A stretch of 64,000 nt of DNA from Chloroflexota bacterium (lineage in GTDB: Bacteria; Chloroflexota; UBA11872; VXOZ01). This document shows positions 20,223 to 29,955 of this stretch, piece after piece. A model generated the notes under the pieces. It was not told the origin of the DNA. It saw only the letters and a list, made by a program, of their open reading frames with translations, and did no database searches. Position 1 is the first letter of the stretch, and the number at the start of each line of letters is the position of its first letter. Made by a program: the position numbers and the translations under genes. The stretch covers positions 992,001 through 1,056,000 of the forward strand of contig OZ219802.1 in assembly GCA_964291655.2 (NCBI GenBank). The letters are read 5' to 3'.

Positions 20223-21620
20223 ATGAGTCCCCTCCCAGTGGCATCCATTGACTCTGCCCAGACCACCCAGGACTTCGAGTTGCTGGCGTTGCATCGCTGC
20301 ATTCACCAATCCAATCGCAACTTTCGGCTGGGACTGGGACAGGGACAAGAACTCATCAAGCTCGGTCTAACGAATCGACCCGCGGCGGCAATGACCTACC
20401 GCCTCACGCACCGCATCACCGTAAACCCAGGTATGCTCGCGCCGGATGGGATCGTTACGGGCGCGCTCGCCGCCGACACGACTTCCGGAACGTTCTTGGA
20501 ACAACGACGCGCGGGCATTCTCTACAGACTTACCGATGCGAACCTCTTCGGCCTACGCCGGGAAGTGGCCCGGCTCGAACGCTGGCAAAAGCACCTCGTG
20601 GTGCCAATTCCCCAGGATACCGGCGCAGATGCGTTTGGGCGCTACCTTGACAATCTTGTCCGCGAATTCCAGCCCAGCGCAATCATCATCGGCAATGAGG
20701 AAAACCTGCACGACATTCATGTCGAAGGCCAGAACAGAATTCAGTGGTACGTGGACCGTTTCGTGACGGGCCATCGCGCAGTAAAGAGAGCCGATCCTCT
20801 GGTGAGCGTCCACATGTACGGCGAGGCGTACCACACGCTGCAGGACAATCGCCCATTCCTCCAAGGCGTACTTGGCATCCTTCAAAAGCGCAGCATCTTG
20901 CCGGATGCGCTATTGGTGCACTTTTACGATCACGCCAATCTCCTCCAACCATGGCTTGATGAGATTAGCGCGGCGACAGCGCATGCAATCCAGCAGCGGC
21001 TGCCAATTATCGTTGGCGAACTCGGCCACTATGGCGACGTGGTTGGCGGCGGAAACATCGTGCGCCGGGACGCGGAACGTGAACAGCGGCTTACACCGGA
21101 CGATCAGTCTCGCGCCGTAGCCCAACTCCTCACCGCCGCCACTGCCAGCATCGCCAAGCAAGCCTTCTATTTTGGCGCTATTGACACAATTAGCACCGGC
21201 GGCTACGAAAGCAGGAAGGGCTTGACGGTGTACAACGATAGCATCGGCAACATGACCCCACGACCGGCCTTGACGGTTTTCCGCTTTGTGACTGACCTGC
21301 TCGCCGGCGCCAGCGCGTCATTGAGCAGCACCCCGGAGCATGGCCTTTCGGTCGCGCACTTTGTGCGCCCTCCGCTCACGCCCGATGAAGAACGTGACCT
21401 GGAAGGCTGGTTCGTATGGTCGAATGACCAGCGCGGCCGGCCGCGGGAATTCACGTTGCCACCGGGATTCGTCGGATATGACGTCTATGGCAGAATGCAA
21501 TACGCTGCTCGGGACGAACCGCAAGTGGTGAGCTTGCACGAATCTCTCAACCCACACATCGGCGGCGAGACTTTCATATTCTTCCGTCTCACCGGAAACA
21601 CAGCGTTTTCACTGCCGTAG
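20223..21620 (+). CDS. Divergent clan GH-A-like glycoside hydrolase fold protein
   Basis: IIIGNEEN (acid/base-like), LVHFYD, IIVGELG (nucleophile-like). Confidence 0.6.
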   Translation: MSPLPVASIDSAQTTQDFELLALHRCIHQSNRNFRLGLGQGQELIKLGLTNRPAAAMTYRLTHRITVNPGMLAPDGIVTGALAADTTSGTFLEQRRAGILYRLTDANLFGLRREVARLERWQKHLVVPIPQDTGADAFGRYLDNLVREFQPSAIIIGNEENLHDIHVEGQNRIQWYVDRFVTGHRAVKRADPLVSVHMYGEAYHTLQDNRPFLQGVLGILQKRSILPDALLVHFYDHANLLQPWLDEISAATAHAIQQRLPIIVGELGHYGDVVGGGNIVRRDAEREQRLTPDDQSRAVAQLLTAATASIAKQAFYFGAIDTISTGGYESRKGLTVYNDSIGNMTPRPALTVFRFVTDLLAGASASLSSTPEHGLSVAHFVRPPLTPDEERDLEGWFVWSNDQRGRPREFTLPPGFVGYDVYGRMQYAARDEPQVVSLHESLNPHIGGETFIFFRLTGNTAFSLP

Positions 21621-21674
21621 GAGACCCCTGCGTTAGATGGGTCCTGAGGAAAGTGTATTATCCCCTCTCCCTGG

Positions 21675-23556
21675 GGAGACCATTGCGAAACCTAAGGGGA
21701 AACGAGAGCGTCCCCTCTCCCTCGACGGGAGAGGGCTAGGTTGAGGGTGAATCTCCAGAAAGCTATCCACATGCACCGAATCTGCCCTGATACATCTTGA
21801 CACTTCACTGCGTAAAGGGCCATTGTATAAAAAGACCCCCTCATCCCAACCCTCTCCCCCAGAGGGTGTCTCAAAAATAGATCTACTGGATATATACTGG
21901 TGTGAAGAGAAGCAAGGTGAGGTGGTGGGATAGTTTGTAGAGAGGTAGTGACGATGCCGTTGAGACCGTTTAGTCGTGAACAGGCCTGGCTGTTGCCGCC
22001 GACGCTGGACGAACTGATCCCGGACGACCATCCTGTCAGGTTTGCGGCAGCGTTCGTGGACAGCCTCGATGCTGCGGCCTGGGAGGCGATGGAGATTGAC
22101 CTGCAAGGCGATCCGCGTGGCGCCGGGGCCTACCATCCGCGCGCGCTGCTGGGCGTATGGGTCTACGGCTTCATGACCGGCGTGCGCTCGAGCCGCAAGC
22201 TGGAGGCAGCCTGCCGGGATCAGGTACCGTACCTGTGGCTGGTGGGGATGCAGCAGCCGGACCACAACACGCTGTGGCGCTTCTACAAGGCGCACCGCGA
22301 CCGGATGCGGATGCTGCTCAAGCGCACGGTGCGCACGGCGGTGCGAGCCGGCCTGGTGGAGTTGGCAATCCAGGCGGTGGACGGCACCAGGATCGCGGCC
22401 AACGCCGGGACGCGGCATACCCACGACGCGCAGGGGCTGCAGCGGCTGTTGTCCCGCACCGAGCAAGCGATCGCGGACCTGGAGGCGCAGAACGCCACGG
22501 GGGGCGACGCGCCGCCAGCGACTTTGCCGCAGGAACTTGCCGATGCCCAGGCCCTGCGGCGGCGGGTGGACGACGCGCTCGCCCGCGTCGCGGCTGAGGA
22601 CGGGCCGCGCTACACGAACCTGACTGATGCGGACGCGGCCCTGCTCAAGACTGGCATGGGTGGCTTCATCACCGGCTACAACGCCCAGGCGCTGGTCTCC
22701 CCTCTTGCGTCCCCGGACGAGGGCGCAGGGGGGAGGTTGATCACAGCCGTGGACGTGAGCGCCAGTGCCGACGACCATCCCCACCTGGCGCCGCTGATCG
22801 AGGCGGCGCAGGAGAACATCGACGCCGCGCGGGACGTGGTGACCGTTGCGGACGCCGGCTACCATTCGGGGGCCAACCTCGCCACGTGCCACGCCGGCGG
22901 CCACACGGTATTGATGCCCACGACCCACGAGCGCAGACGCCGCAACCCCTACCATAAAGACCACTTCACCTACCGTCCAGAGACCGACACCTACCTGTGT
23001 CCCCAGCAAAAGGTGCTCACCTACACGCACCGCTTGACCCACAGCAACGGCTACCGGGTCAAGCGGTACCAAGCCAACGGCCGGGACTGCAGAACCTGTC
23101 CGGCCTTCGGCGTCTGCACCTCCTCCCAGAGGGGCCGCTCCATAAAGATCAGCGCCTACGAGCCAATACTGCAACGGCACAGGCAGTTGATGGCCACCGC
23201 GCCTGCCAAGCAGGTGTACCGCCGCCGGAGTACCATCGTCGAGCCGGTCTTTGGCCTGCTCAAGGAGTGGCACAGTGCCAGGCGCTTCCTGCTCAGAGGC
23301 CGCAGCCACGTGACGTCCGAATGGCACCTGCTGGCCACCGCGTTCAATCTCAAGAGCCTCCACGCCCTGTGGCGGTCTGGGTGTAGTCCAGCGTCGCCCC
23401 GGGGACGAGTCTCTCACTGGCACCGTCTTGTTCATACCACCCGCCATCTGTCTGTCCTTCTCACCCCATTCACCGTGCCCCGCACCAAAATATTGAGACA
23501 GCCTCCCCAGGAGAGGGAGTGCCCCTGCTTGAATGTGGGGCTATGCAAAAGTCTCC
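21675..23556. mobile_element. MITE (~234 bp empty) interrupted by IS1182-family element
   Basis: Termini GGAGACCATTGCG...TGCAAAAGTCTCC, flanked by TGG/TGG; reverse-complement homolog of 42081-43587. Confidence 0.8.
21862..23505 (+). mobile_element. IS1182-family insertion sequence
   Basis: IRs GAGGGTGTCTCAAAA / TATTGAGACAGCCTC; 4-bp duplication CCCA. Confidence 0.88.
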
Positions 23557-23588
23557 TGGGGGGACCTTTGCACAACTCAAGCCGGTAA
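21948..23588 (+). CDS. IS1182-family transposase
   Basis: LIPDDHPVR, YHPRALL, SSRKLE, PDHNTL, AVDGTRI, GYNAQ, ADAGY, VEPVFG, AFNL motifs. Confidence 0.93.
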   Translation: MTMPLRPFSREQAWLLPPTLDELIPDDHPVRFAAAFVDSLDAAAWEAMEIDLQGDPRGAGAYHPRALLGVWVYGFMTGVRSSRKLEAACRDQVPYLWLVGMQQPDHNTLWRFYKAHRDRMRMLLKRTVRTAVRAGLVELAIQAVDGTRIAANAGTRHTHDAQGLQRLLSRTEQAIADLEAQNATGGDAPPATLPQELADAQALRRRVDDALARVAAEDGPRYTNLTDADAALLKTGMGGFITGYNAQALVSPLASPDEGAGGRLITAVDVSASADDHPHLAPLIEAAQENIDAARDVVTVADAGYHSGANLATCHAGGHTVLMPTTHERRRRNPYHKDHFTYRPETDTYLCPQQKVLTYTHRLTHSNGYRVKRYQANGRDCRTCPAFGVCTSSQRGRSIKISAYEPILQRHRQLMATAPAKQVYRRRSTIVEPVFGLLKEWHSARRFLLRGRSHVTSEWHLLATAFNLKSLHALWRSGCSPASPRGRVSHWHRLVHTTRHLSVLLTPFTVPRTKILRQPPQERECPCLNVGLCKSLLGGPLHNSSR

Positions 23589-24077
23589 GAGAGAAGATCC
23601 CCTCACTCCCGTATCAAGTTCGGGGCAGGCTCTAACCCTCTCCCTCAGGAGAACTTTGCGTAACTCCGTCATTCCGGCTTGCGCCGGAATCCAGAGCGCC
23701 TTTACACCTAAAGATAGCATAATGTCAAGTCATTTCACCCTCAGCCCCGAATCGTGTCCCTTCGCTGTATCGAGTACAGGGCAGGCTCCAGCCGTCTCCC
23801 GTCCAGGAGACCTTTGCATAGCCCTTACCGAGGCGAGGATGTCCCCTCTCCCGGCGGGAGAGGGTTAGGGTGAGGGGGAATCCCCGCAATCCGGGCTATT
23901 TTCACCGAAAGTACACACATTCGTGTAAGTGTTAGAGGTCTAAAGGACAGGATAGGCGGTATCCCCTCACCCCAGAGAGAGGGTGCAATTCTAGCGCCGT
24001 TGGCCGAGGTTACGCAAAGGTCTTCGTCGAGAGAGAGGGAACTTTCTCGCTGCGGCAAGGGTTATGCAATGGTCTCC
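23560..24077. mobile_element. Cluster of nested/tandem MITEs and palindromes
   Basis: Left termini at 23560, 23648, 23806; right termini ending 24025 and 24077; internal REP hairpins and GTCATTCCGGC...GCCGGAATC palindrome. Confidence 0.7.
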
Positions 24078-24199
24078 ATAGGCGGGCAGACGCCGGGTGT
24101 TCGTTCAATCGATAAGCGTTGCCCGCTTCTCGTACGGCGCGTTGACCGGCCGCGAGCGCAGGCTGCTTGACGGTTAGGGCCCATGAGCGCACTTGCAAC

Positions 24200-26761
24200 T
24201 TAGTCTTGCGCTTTTTTCTTCAGTTCGTAGAGCGTACTGATCGCTTCCAACGGGGTCATGGCGTCCACGTCAAGATCTTGCAGCTCCGTAATCACCGGAT
24301 GAGGGCCGCTGAAGAGTGGCAGTTGATCGGCGCCATTCGATCCGGTCAAGGCTGGTGCTTCACCCCGCAAGTGCCGCTCTTCCAGTTCGTGCAGCACCTG
24401 CTCCGCGCGCCTCAGCACCGGGCGGGGCAGTCCGGCAAGCTTGGCAACATTAACGCCATACGAACGGTCGGCGCCACCGGGTACCACTTTGTGCAGAAAG
24501 ACCACATTGCCTTGCTCTTCCAATACGTCCACGCGGGAGTTCCTTACGCGTGGCAGCGTACCCTCCAATTCAGCCAACTCGTGAAAGTGGGTGGCAAACA
24601 GGGTCTTGGAGTTGAGGCCGGAGTGATTGTGCAAGTACTCCAGCACGGCGCGGGCGATTGCCAGTCCATCGTACGTGCTGGTGCCGCGCCCTACCTCGTC
24701 GAAGACCACCAGTGATCGCGGCGTTGCGTGAGTGAGGATATAGCTCGTCTCCGTCATTTCTACCATGAACGTGCTGGCGCCGGCGGCAATTTCGTCCTGC
24801 GCGCCCACGCGCGTGAAGATGCGGTCCACGATGCCGACGTGCGCCGACCGGGCAGCTACAAAACTGCCAATCTGCGCCATGAGAACGGTGAGGGCAACCT
24901 GTCGCAGGTACGTAGACTTCCCCGCCATGTTCGGGCCGGTGAGCACAATGATTTGCTGCTCCGCATCCAGCCGCACGTCGTTGGGGATAATGGGAGCTCC
25001 TCCCAGTGTCGCCTCCACTACAGGATGGCGCCCCTCGACAATCTCGATACAGTCACCTTCATCCAACACCGGACGCACATAGTTGCGGCGCGCAGCCACC
25101 CTGGCAAACGCGGCAAAGACATCGAGCTCAGCGAGGGCGTACGCCAACCGCCGCAACCGACGCTCCTCCGCGGCTACGCTCTTCACGATGCCGGCAAATA
25201 TCTGCTGCTCGAGTACGCTCTGCTCTTCTTCCGCGTTGAGCATGAGGGACTCGGCATCCTGTAATTCCGTGGTGCTATACCGCTCGCCGGTTGTCAGGGT
25301 CTGCTTGCGCATATACCGCTCCGGTACGTTGGGCAGTGCGCCTTTGCTCACTTCAAGGTAATAGCCATAGACCTTGTTGTGGCCAACCTTAAGGGACTTG
25401 ATGCCGGTGGCGTGCCGCTCCTTTGCTTCGAGATTCGCGATGAAGGCCCGCGCCTCCTGTGTACGCCGCACCAACTCATCCAGCTCTTTGCTATACCCTG
25501 ACTTGATCGGTGGTTGTCCCGGCTCCGTTGCAATAGAAGTAGCAATTAATGCCGCCACTTCCGGCGCCGGATCGACGGTAGCCGCGCGGGCTTGGATCGG
25601 AGGGTCCGAAGATGCGTTCAACAAGCCCTCTATGTCCGCTGCAACTTCCAGCGAGCGGCCCAAGCGTGCCAGATCCTGCGGTGTTGCCAGGCCCTGCAAA
25701 GCGCGATGGGCAAGCCGCTCGACGTCGGCGAGTTTCCCCAGTTTTTCCCGCAACCGCTCCAACAAGACATGGTCCCGTGTCAATGTCTCGACAATCGCCA
25801 AACGCCCCTCGATAGCAGGCACATCCACCAGGGGCTGGGTAAGCCATTGGCGGAGCAGGCGACCGCCGATTGCCGAGCGCGTTTCATCTAGGACACCGAG
25901 CAGCGAGCCTTCTTCCTGTTGCGTGCGGTTATTGCGCAAAATCTCCAGGTTACGCAGCGTGGCGGGATCCAGACCCATAAAGGAATCGAGGGAGTACGTG
26001 CGCAGGCCGTCCAGACCGCCCAGGAATGACTTTTGCGTTTCCTCCAGATACGCCAGGAGCCCACCGGCGGCGCGGGTCGCCAATGGCAGGTCGGCGCAGC
26101 CAAAGCCGTCAAGCGCGGCAACTGCAAGTACCCGCAGCAAGGTGCTTGTCGCTTCCTGCAAGTCGAAGTGCCATGCTGCATACGAGGTGAGCGCCGTGGA
26201 GGGCAGCTGCAGAGTCTTGCCTTCGGGAAACACACACTCTGCCGGCTGCAGCCGTCCCAATTCAGCGGCAAGGACAGCATCGGTGTCTTCCCGGATCTCG
26301 GTGGCGGCGAACTCCCCCGTGCTGACGTCAGCGTACGCCAGTCCCACGCCCCTCTTATCGTGTACGACGGCGGCCACGTAGGTATTCTGCTTGGCCGCAA
26401 GCAAGTCCGGGTCTACAATCGTGCCCGGTGTGGCGACTCGCACCACCGCTCGCTCCACCAGACCGTGTCCGGGCTCAGAGACCTGTTCGCAAATCGCAAC
26501 GCGGTGTCCCGCCGCGAGCAGTCGTCCCAGGTATGTTTCCGCGGCATGTGCGGGCACACCGCACATCGGCATCTTCTGACCCTTACCGAATTCGCGTGCG
26601 GTGAGGACAATCTGCAAGGTCTCAGAGGCAACCTTGGCATCATCCCCAAAAAGCTCATAGAAGTCGCCGAGGCGAAAGAAGAGGAGCGCATCCGGGTAGT
26701 TCTGCTTGATGCGGTAGTACTGCTCTTGTACAGGCGTCATGCTCCGGGAGGACTTAGGCAT
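24200..26761 (-). CDS. mutS: DNA mismatch repair protein MutS
   Basis: FFRLGDFYELF, TGPNMAGKSTY, STFMVEM, DEVGRGTST, ATHFHEL; upstream ORF extension judged spurious. Confidence 0.97.
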   Translation of the reverse strand: MPKSSRSMTPVQEQYYRIKQNYPDALLFFRLGDFYELFGDDAKVASETLQIVLTAREFGKGQKMPMCGVPAHAAETYLGRLLAAGHRVAICEQVSEPGHGLVERAVVRVATPGTIVDPDLLAAKQNTYVAAVVHDKRGVGLAYADVSTGEFAATEIREDTDAVLAAELGRLQPAECVFPEGKTLQLPSTALTSYAAWHFDLQEATSTLLRVLAVAALDGFGCADLPLATRAAGGLLAYLEETQKSFLGGLDGLRTYSLDSFMGLDPATLRNLEILRNNRTQQEEGSLLGVLDETRSAIGGRLLRQWLTQPLVDVPAIEGRLAIVETLTRDHVLLERLREKLGKLADVERLAHRALQGLATPQDLARLGRSLEVAADIEGLLNASSDPPIQARAATVDPAPEVAALIATSIATEPGQPPIKSGYSKELDELVRRTQEARAFIANLEAKERHATGIKSLKVGHNKVYGYYLEVSKGALPNVPERYMRKQTLTTGERYSTTELQDAESLMLNAEEEQSVLEQQIFAGIVKSVAAEERRLRRLAYALAELDVFAAFARVAARRNYVRPVLDEGDCIEIVEGRHPVVEATLGGAPIIPNDVRLDAEQQIIVLTGPNMAGKSTYLRQVALTVLMAQIGSFVAARSAHVGIVDRIFTRVGAQDEIAAGASTFMVEMTETSYILTHATPRSLVVFDEVGRGTSTYDGLAIARAVLEYLHNHSGLNSKTLFATHFHELAELEGTLPRVRNSRVDVLEEQGNVVFLHKVVPGGADRSYGVNVAKLAGLPRPVLRRAEQVLHELEERHLRGEAPALTGSNGADQLPLFSGPHPVITELQDLDVDAMTPLEAISTLYELKKKAQD

Positions 26762-27124
26762 TGGCGTACTGTTCTTAGGAGACAGGCTTCTCGCTATGTC
26801 ACGACCGCTTGGAAGAAGACGGCTCTGATTCATTCTAAACTGTTGGGACATGTAGGTGTTCAGGTGAAGCGCTACACTCCCCGGTAGCGCAGGTTCGCAC
26901 GAGAGACGTGCAAACTTGCGCCCACCTGCCAACGAGGCAATCCGATTGATTGCGCTTTGCTGCCCTTGCACCAAGATGCGGGGGACAAGCCCCCGCGCTA
27001 CGGCTCTATAAATCGGGGTCGAGCCTATGGTGGCAAGGGAACACAAATGAGTCGAGGTACTAAGTCGCGGTGCAGTCTCTTTGCAAGCGGTGAAAGGGAT
27101 GCTTTCCGCTTGGACTGACTTGGC

Positions 27125-28195
27125 TCATGCGTCGGGCGACGCCGGTTCGTCCTGGAGAATCGCCGGCCAGCGATTGACGAACGTGAGCAGCAAGGTCGTG
27201 AGATTGGTGAGAGAGTCAAGGTGTACCAATTCAAAGCCGTGCGTGTTTTCGCACGGGAAGGCCAACGCCGCAATGCGGCCGATTGCCGCTACCTTGCGGG
27301 CTATGGAAGCATTGGTGCCATAGGATTCCAAGGCAGCGTGTTGCACATCTAGTTCGAGTTCCTTGGCCAGAGAGGCAAAGCGCCGCAGGATGCCCTCATC
27401 GTATACGTTGTAGGCGTCTTTATACACCAAGACCGGCGCGCCGCCGGCTTCCAGGCCGTATTCGTCAGCCACCGGGGCAATCTCTAACGCAATGTACGTA
27501 TCTCCCGGCAAGGTACGCGCCGCAAACGGACCGCCGCCGCCGGCGTTTTCTTCCGTGCTAGAGAAGACCAGGTACACGTCTTGCGGCGGCGGACTGCCCG
27601 CAAGCAGTGTGGCGAGAGAAAGGAGAATTGCCACGGCGCCCTTGTCGTCCAGAGCATACGTGCCCACGAAGTCGCCAATGCGTACCGGGTGCTTGCGCTC
27701 GCGCGAGACGACCGCCTTACAGCCGGGATGCACCCCCTGCTCCAAGAGTTCGTCCTTGCTGAGTTTCGCATCCAGGTGGCAATCCGACCATTTGAGCTGC
27801 CGGCCCCCACCTGAGCGCACGGCCTGAATCGGGCTCTCTTCCGTCACGTGCATGGCGCCAAAGCAAAGTACAGCGGGTACCGTGCCGGCGTCCCCCAGAA
27901 TGTCCATGGGGCCCTCACCGTACTTCCAGGGATACGTGCCGCCCAGGGTAGCTACCCGTATCTTGCCGTCGTCTTCAATGCGCTTGATGATCAGGCCAAG
28001 TTCATCTTTATGGGCGTCCAGGATCAACGGGCAGTCGCTGGCCGCGCCCGCAATCTTGGCAATTACGTTATTGGCAGAATCTTGCCAAACGTCGCATGGC
28101 AGAGGATCAAGATGTCTGCGGAGTACAGCGTCTATCTCCCGTTCGTTGCCTACGGGAGAATGGGCTGTCGTCAGTTCTGCGATGAGGTCGAACAT
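27125..28195 (-). CDS. M42/M20-family metallopeptidase
   Basis: AHKDELG, ALDDKG, STEE, THGFE motifs. Confidence 0.88.
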   Translation of the reverse strand: MFDLIAELTTAHSPVGNEREIDAVLRRHLDPLPCDVWQDSANNVIAKIAGAASDCPLILDAHKDELGLIIKRIEDDGKIRVATLGGTYPWKYGEGPMDILGDAGTVPAVLCFGAMHVTEESPIQAVRSGGGRQLKWSDCHLDAKLSKDELLEQGVHPGCKAVVSRERKHPVRIGDFVGTYALDDKGAVAILLSLATLLAGSPPPQDVYLVFSSTEENAGGGGPFAARTLPGDTYIALEIAPVADEYGLEAGGAPVLVYKDAYNVYDEGILRRFASLAKELELDVQHAALESYGTNASIARKVAAIGRIAALAFPCENTHGFELVHLDSLTNLTTLLLTFVNRWPAILQDEPASPDA

Positions 28196-28355
28196 CAGAC
28201 GTTTCGTCCGTTCTGCGCTACTTTGCCGTGACGTTGGGGCTCGTCCCCCGCCTCTTCCCTACCATGCCGTAGCGCGGGGGCTTGTCCCCCGCCTCTTGGC
28301 GCAACATCATGCCCATACTTGATTCGAGGGCAAACACCATCTCAAGGCAAGGCAC

Positions 28356-28979
28356 TTAGAAGAGTGGCAGTTTTACCGTAATGAAGCGGCGGTGGATGCT
28401 ACCCAGCGCGTGCACGGGGATTCGGTTCTCTGTTCTATCATTCGTTAGCGTGTCGACCACCTTCAAGCTCTGGAGCTTGTGCGTAAACGGGTCCACGCGC
28501 ATCTCATCCCAGTGTCCTACCTTGGCGTAGACATCCCGCACAAACGTGTTTCCATCGAGCTCGGCGTCGGGTACGAATGTATCAGGCAATGCGGCGGCTT
28601 CCGTATCCAGGCTGCCGTCGGCGCGGGTTCGCAGCACCAGCGGGATGCCCGCAATAGAGTCGACGTCGGGATACGCTTCCAAGGATTGGGACAAATCAGC
28701 ATGCGTAAGCGCAAGAGTTATCGCTTTGCCGGAAACGCCGCGTATGAGTGACAGCGGGACCTGCACGCGCACAATGCCTTCGGCAGACGTGGAGGGGGTG
28801 GTTGCCCGCCCCTCCCGCACGGCTTCTATCTCCACCGCCGCCGGCACGATAAGAGCTTGATCGAGGAATAACACGATCGCCTTTACGGTACGCGAAAGTG
28901 GATCGATTGTGATGCCACCGAGCGTGCCAACCGCTTCTCCACCCTCAGCAGAGATCGGTGCGCCGAGCGGTAGATCCAT
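28356..28979 (-). CDS. PRC-barrel-like domain protein
   Basis: Two segments of type VGTLGGITIDP / VGHWDEMRVDP. Confidence 0.6.
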   Translation of the reverse strand: MDLPLGAPISAEGGEAVGTLGGITIDPLSRTVKAIVLFLDQALIVPAAVEIEAVREGRATTPSTSAEGIVRVQVPLSLIRGVSGKAITLALTHADLSQSLEAYPDVDSIAGIPLVLRTRADGSLDTEAAALPDTFVPDAELDGNTFVRDVYAKVGHWDEMRVDPFTHKLQSLKVVDTLTNDRTENRIPVHALGSIHRRFITVKLPLF

Positions 28980-29023
28980 CAGTCTTCTCCCGTATTTCCG
29001 GCAGTTGCCGCAAGCCGCCAAGT

Positions 29024-29261
29024 CCGTCATTCCGGCGAAAGCCGGAATCTATCTTTGCCACTAGGTTGTTTTGATTGTTTCAACAACCGGTTCGTCATTG
29101 ATCTGAAAACAGGCAACAACCCCGGCCCGTCATTCCCGTGAAAGCGGGAAGCCATCCACTCCGTACGGCGCAGGCTGTCTCAAGCGGGGGGACAAGCCCT
29201 CGCGCTACGCTATAGATTCCTCGCCGCGCTCGGAATGACCTGAATTGTCAACACTTCCTAG
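29024..29261. repeat. Mixed palindrome cluster (GTCATTCC-type plus GTAG REP)
   Basis: gtcattccggcgaaagccggaatc, gtcattcccgtgaaagcgggaa, REP at 29184-29208, gattcc...ggaatgac. Confidence 0.75.
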
Positions 29262-29370
29262 CCACACGTCAGATTGAAGCCATTGTAGCGGAATCGGTCC
29301 TGGCTGGCTACCGCTACCCAACTCTAGTGAAACCGGCTGGATTCCCAGGTACGTGCACACGCGCTAAGCG

Positions 29371-29784
29371 TTAGCTCGGCACAGTCAGGATCATGCTGAC
29401 GACAAACCCCACTAACAGTCCCCACCAGCGCCAGTCCGGCGGTTGCCAACTTCCCTCGCTGCGAGTTTCGGTCCATGCAAACGCGGCAAAGTGCGATAGA
29501 CCCATCAGCAAGAGCGCAAGCCACGCCCACCAATAGCCGTCGCGGATGCCCCAATAAGCCAGCCCCCACCACGCCACGCCCATGATGAAGACGTGCAAAG
29601 CAATGTGACGCGAAAACGCGCCCACTTCCGGTACGTCGCTTGCACCCAGCCGGGGCGCCAGACGCTTTCCATAGGGTCCGAAGCCGAGCAACGTCGCTAC
29701 GGTTAGCGCGAAGTGAATGAGCGCTCCCAGCAGGAGAAGGAGCCAGCCGGCGCTAAAGAGACTTAGGTCAAATGACATCTCCAA
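29371..29784 (-). CDS. Hypothetical 4-TM membrane protein
   Basis: Four hydrophobic, Trp-rich segments. Confidence 0.65.
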   Translation of the reverse strand: MEMSFDLSLFSAGWLLLLLGALIHFALTVATLLGFGPYGKRLAPRLGASDVPEVGAFSRHIALHVFIMGVAWWGLAYWGIRDGYWWAWLALLLMGLSHFAAFAWTETRSEGSWQPPDWRWWGLLVGFVVSMILTVPS

Positions 29785-29955
29785 GAACCCTACATTGTGC
29801 CTTCAATGTGAACGTCACCAGCTATGCCATCAGCAGTTTCCGGAATTTGGCGACGTCGAGTCCGTGATTGAGTATGCGTGACTTCTTGACTTCTGTATGG
29901 CGACTGCTGTCCTCCAAGACTCTCTCACGCATTTCGTCTCCCGCCGACCGCGGTG

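Noticed and set aside
21633-23447. 604-aa antisense ORF, and similar long antisense ORFs over proA, mutS and lysA
   Set aside because: Shadow ORFs of GC-rich coding strands with no recognisable motifs.
26762-27046. 95-aa N-terminal extension of MutS
   Set aside because: Open frame through intergenic DNA and a REP; MutS homology starts at MTPVQEQY.
29172-29183. 12-bp match to the IS1182 terminal repeat (AGGCTGTCTCAA)
   Set aside because: No partner end or transposase relic; could be chance.
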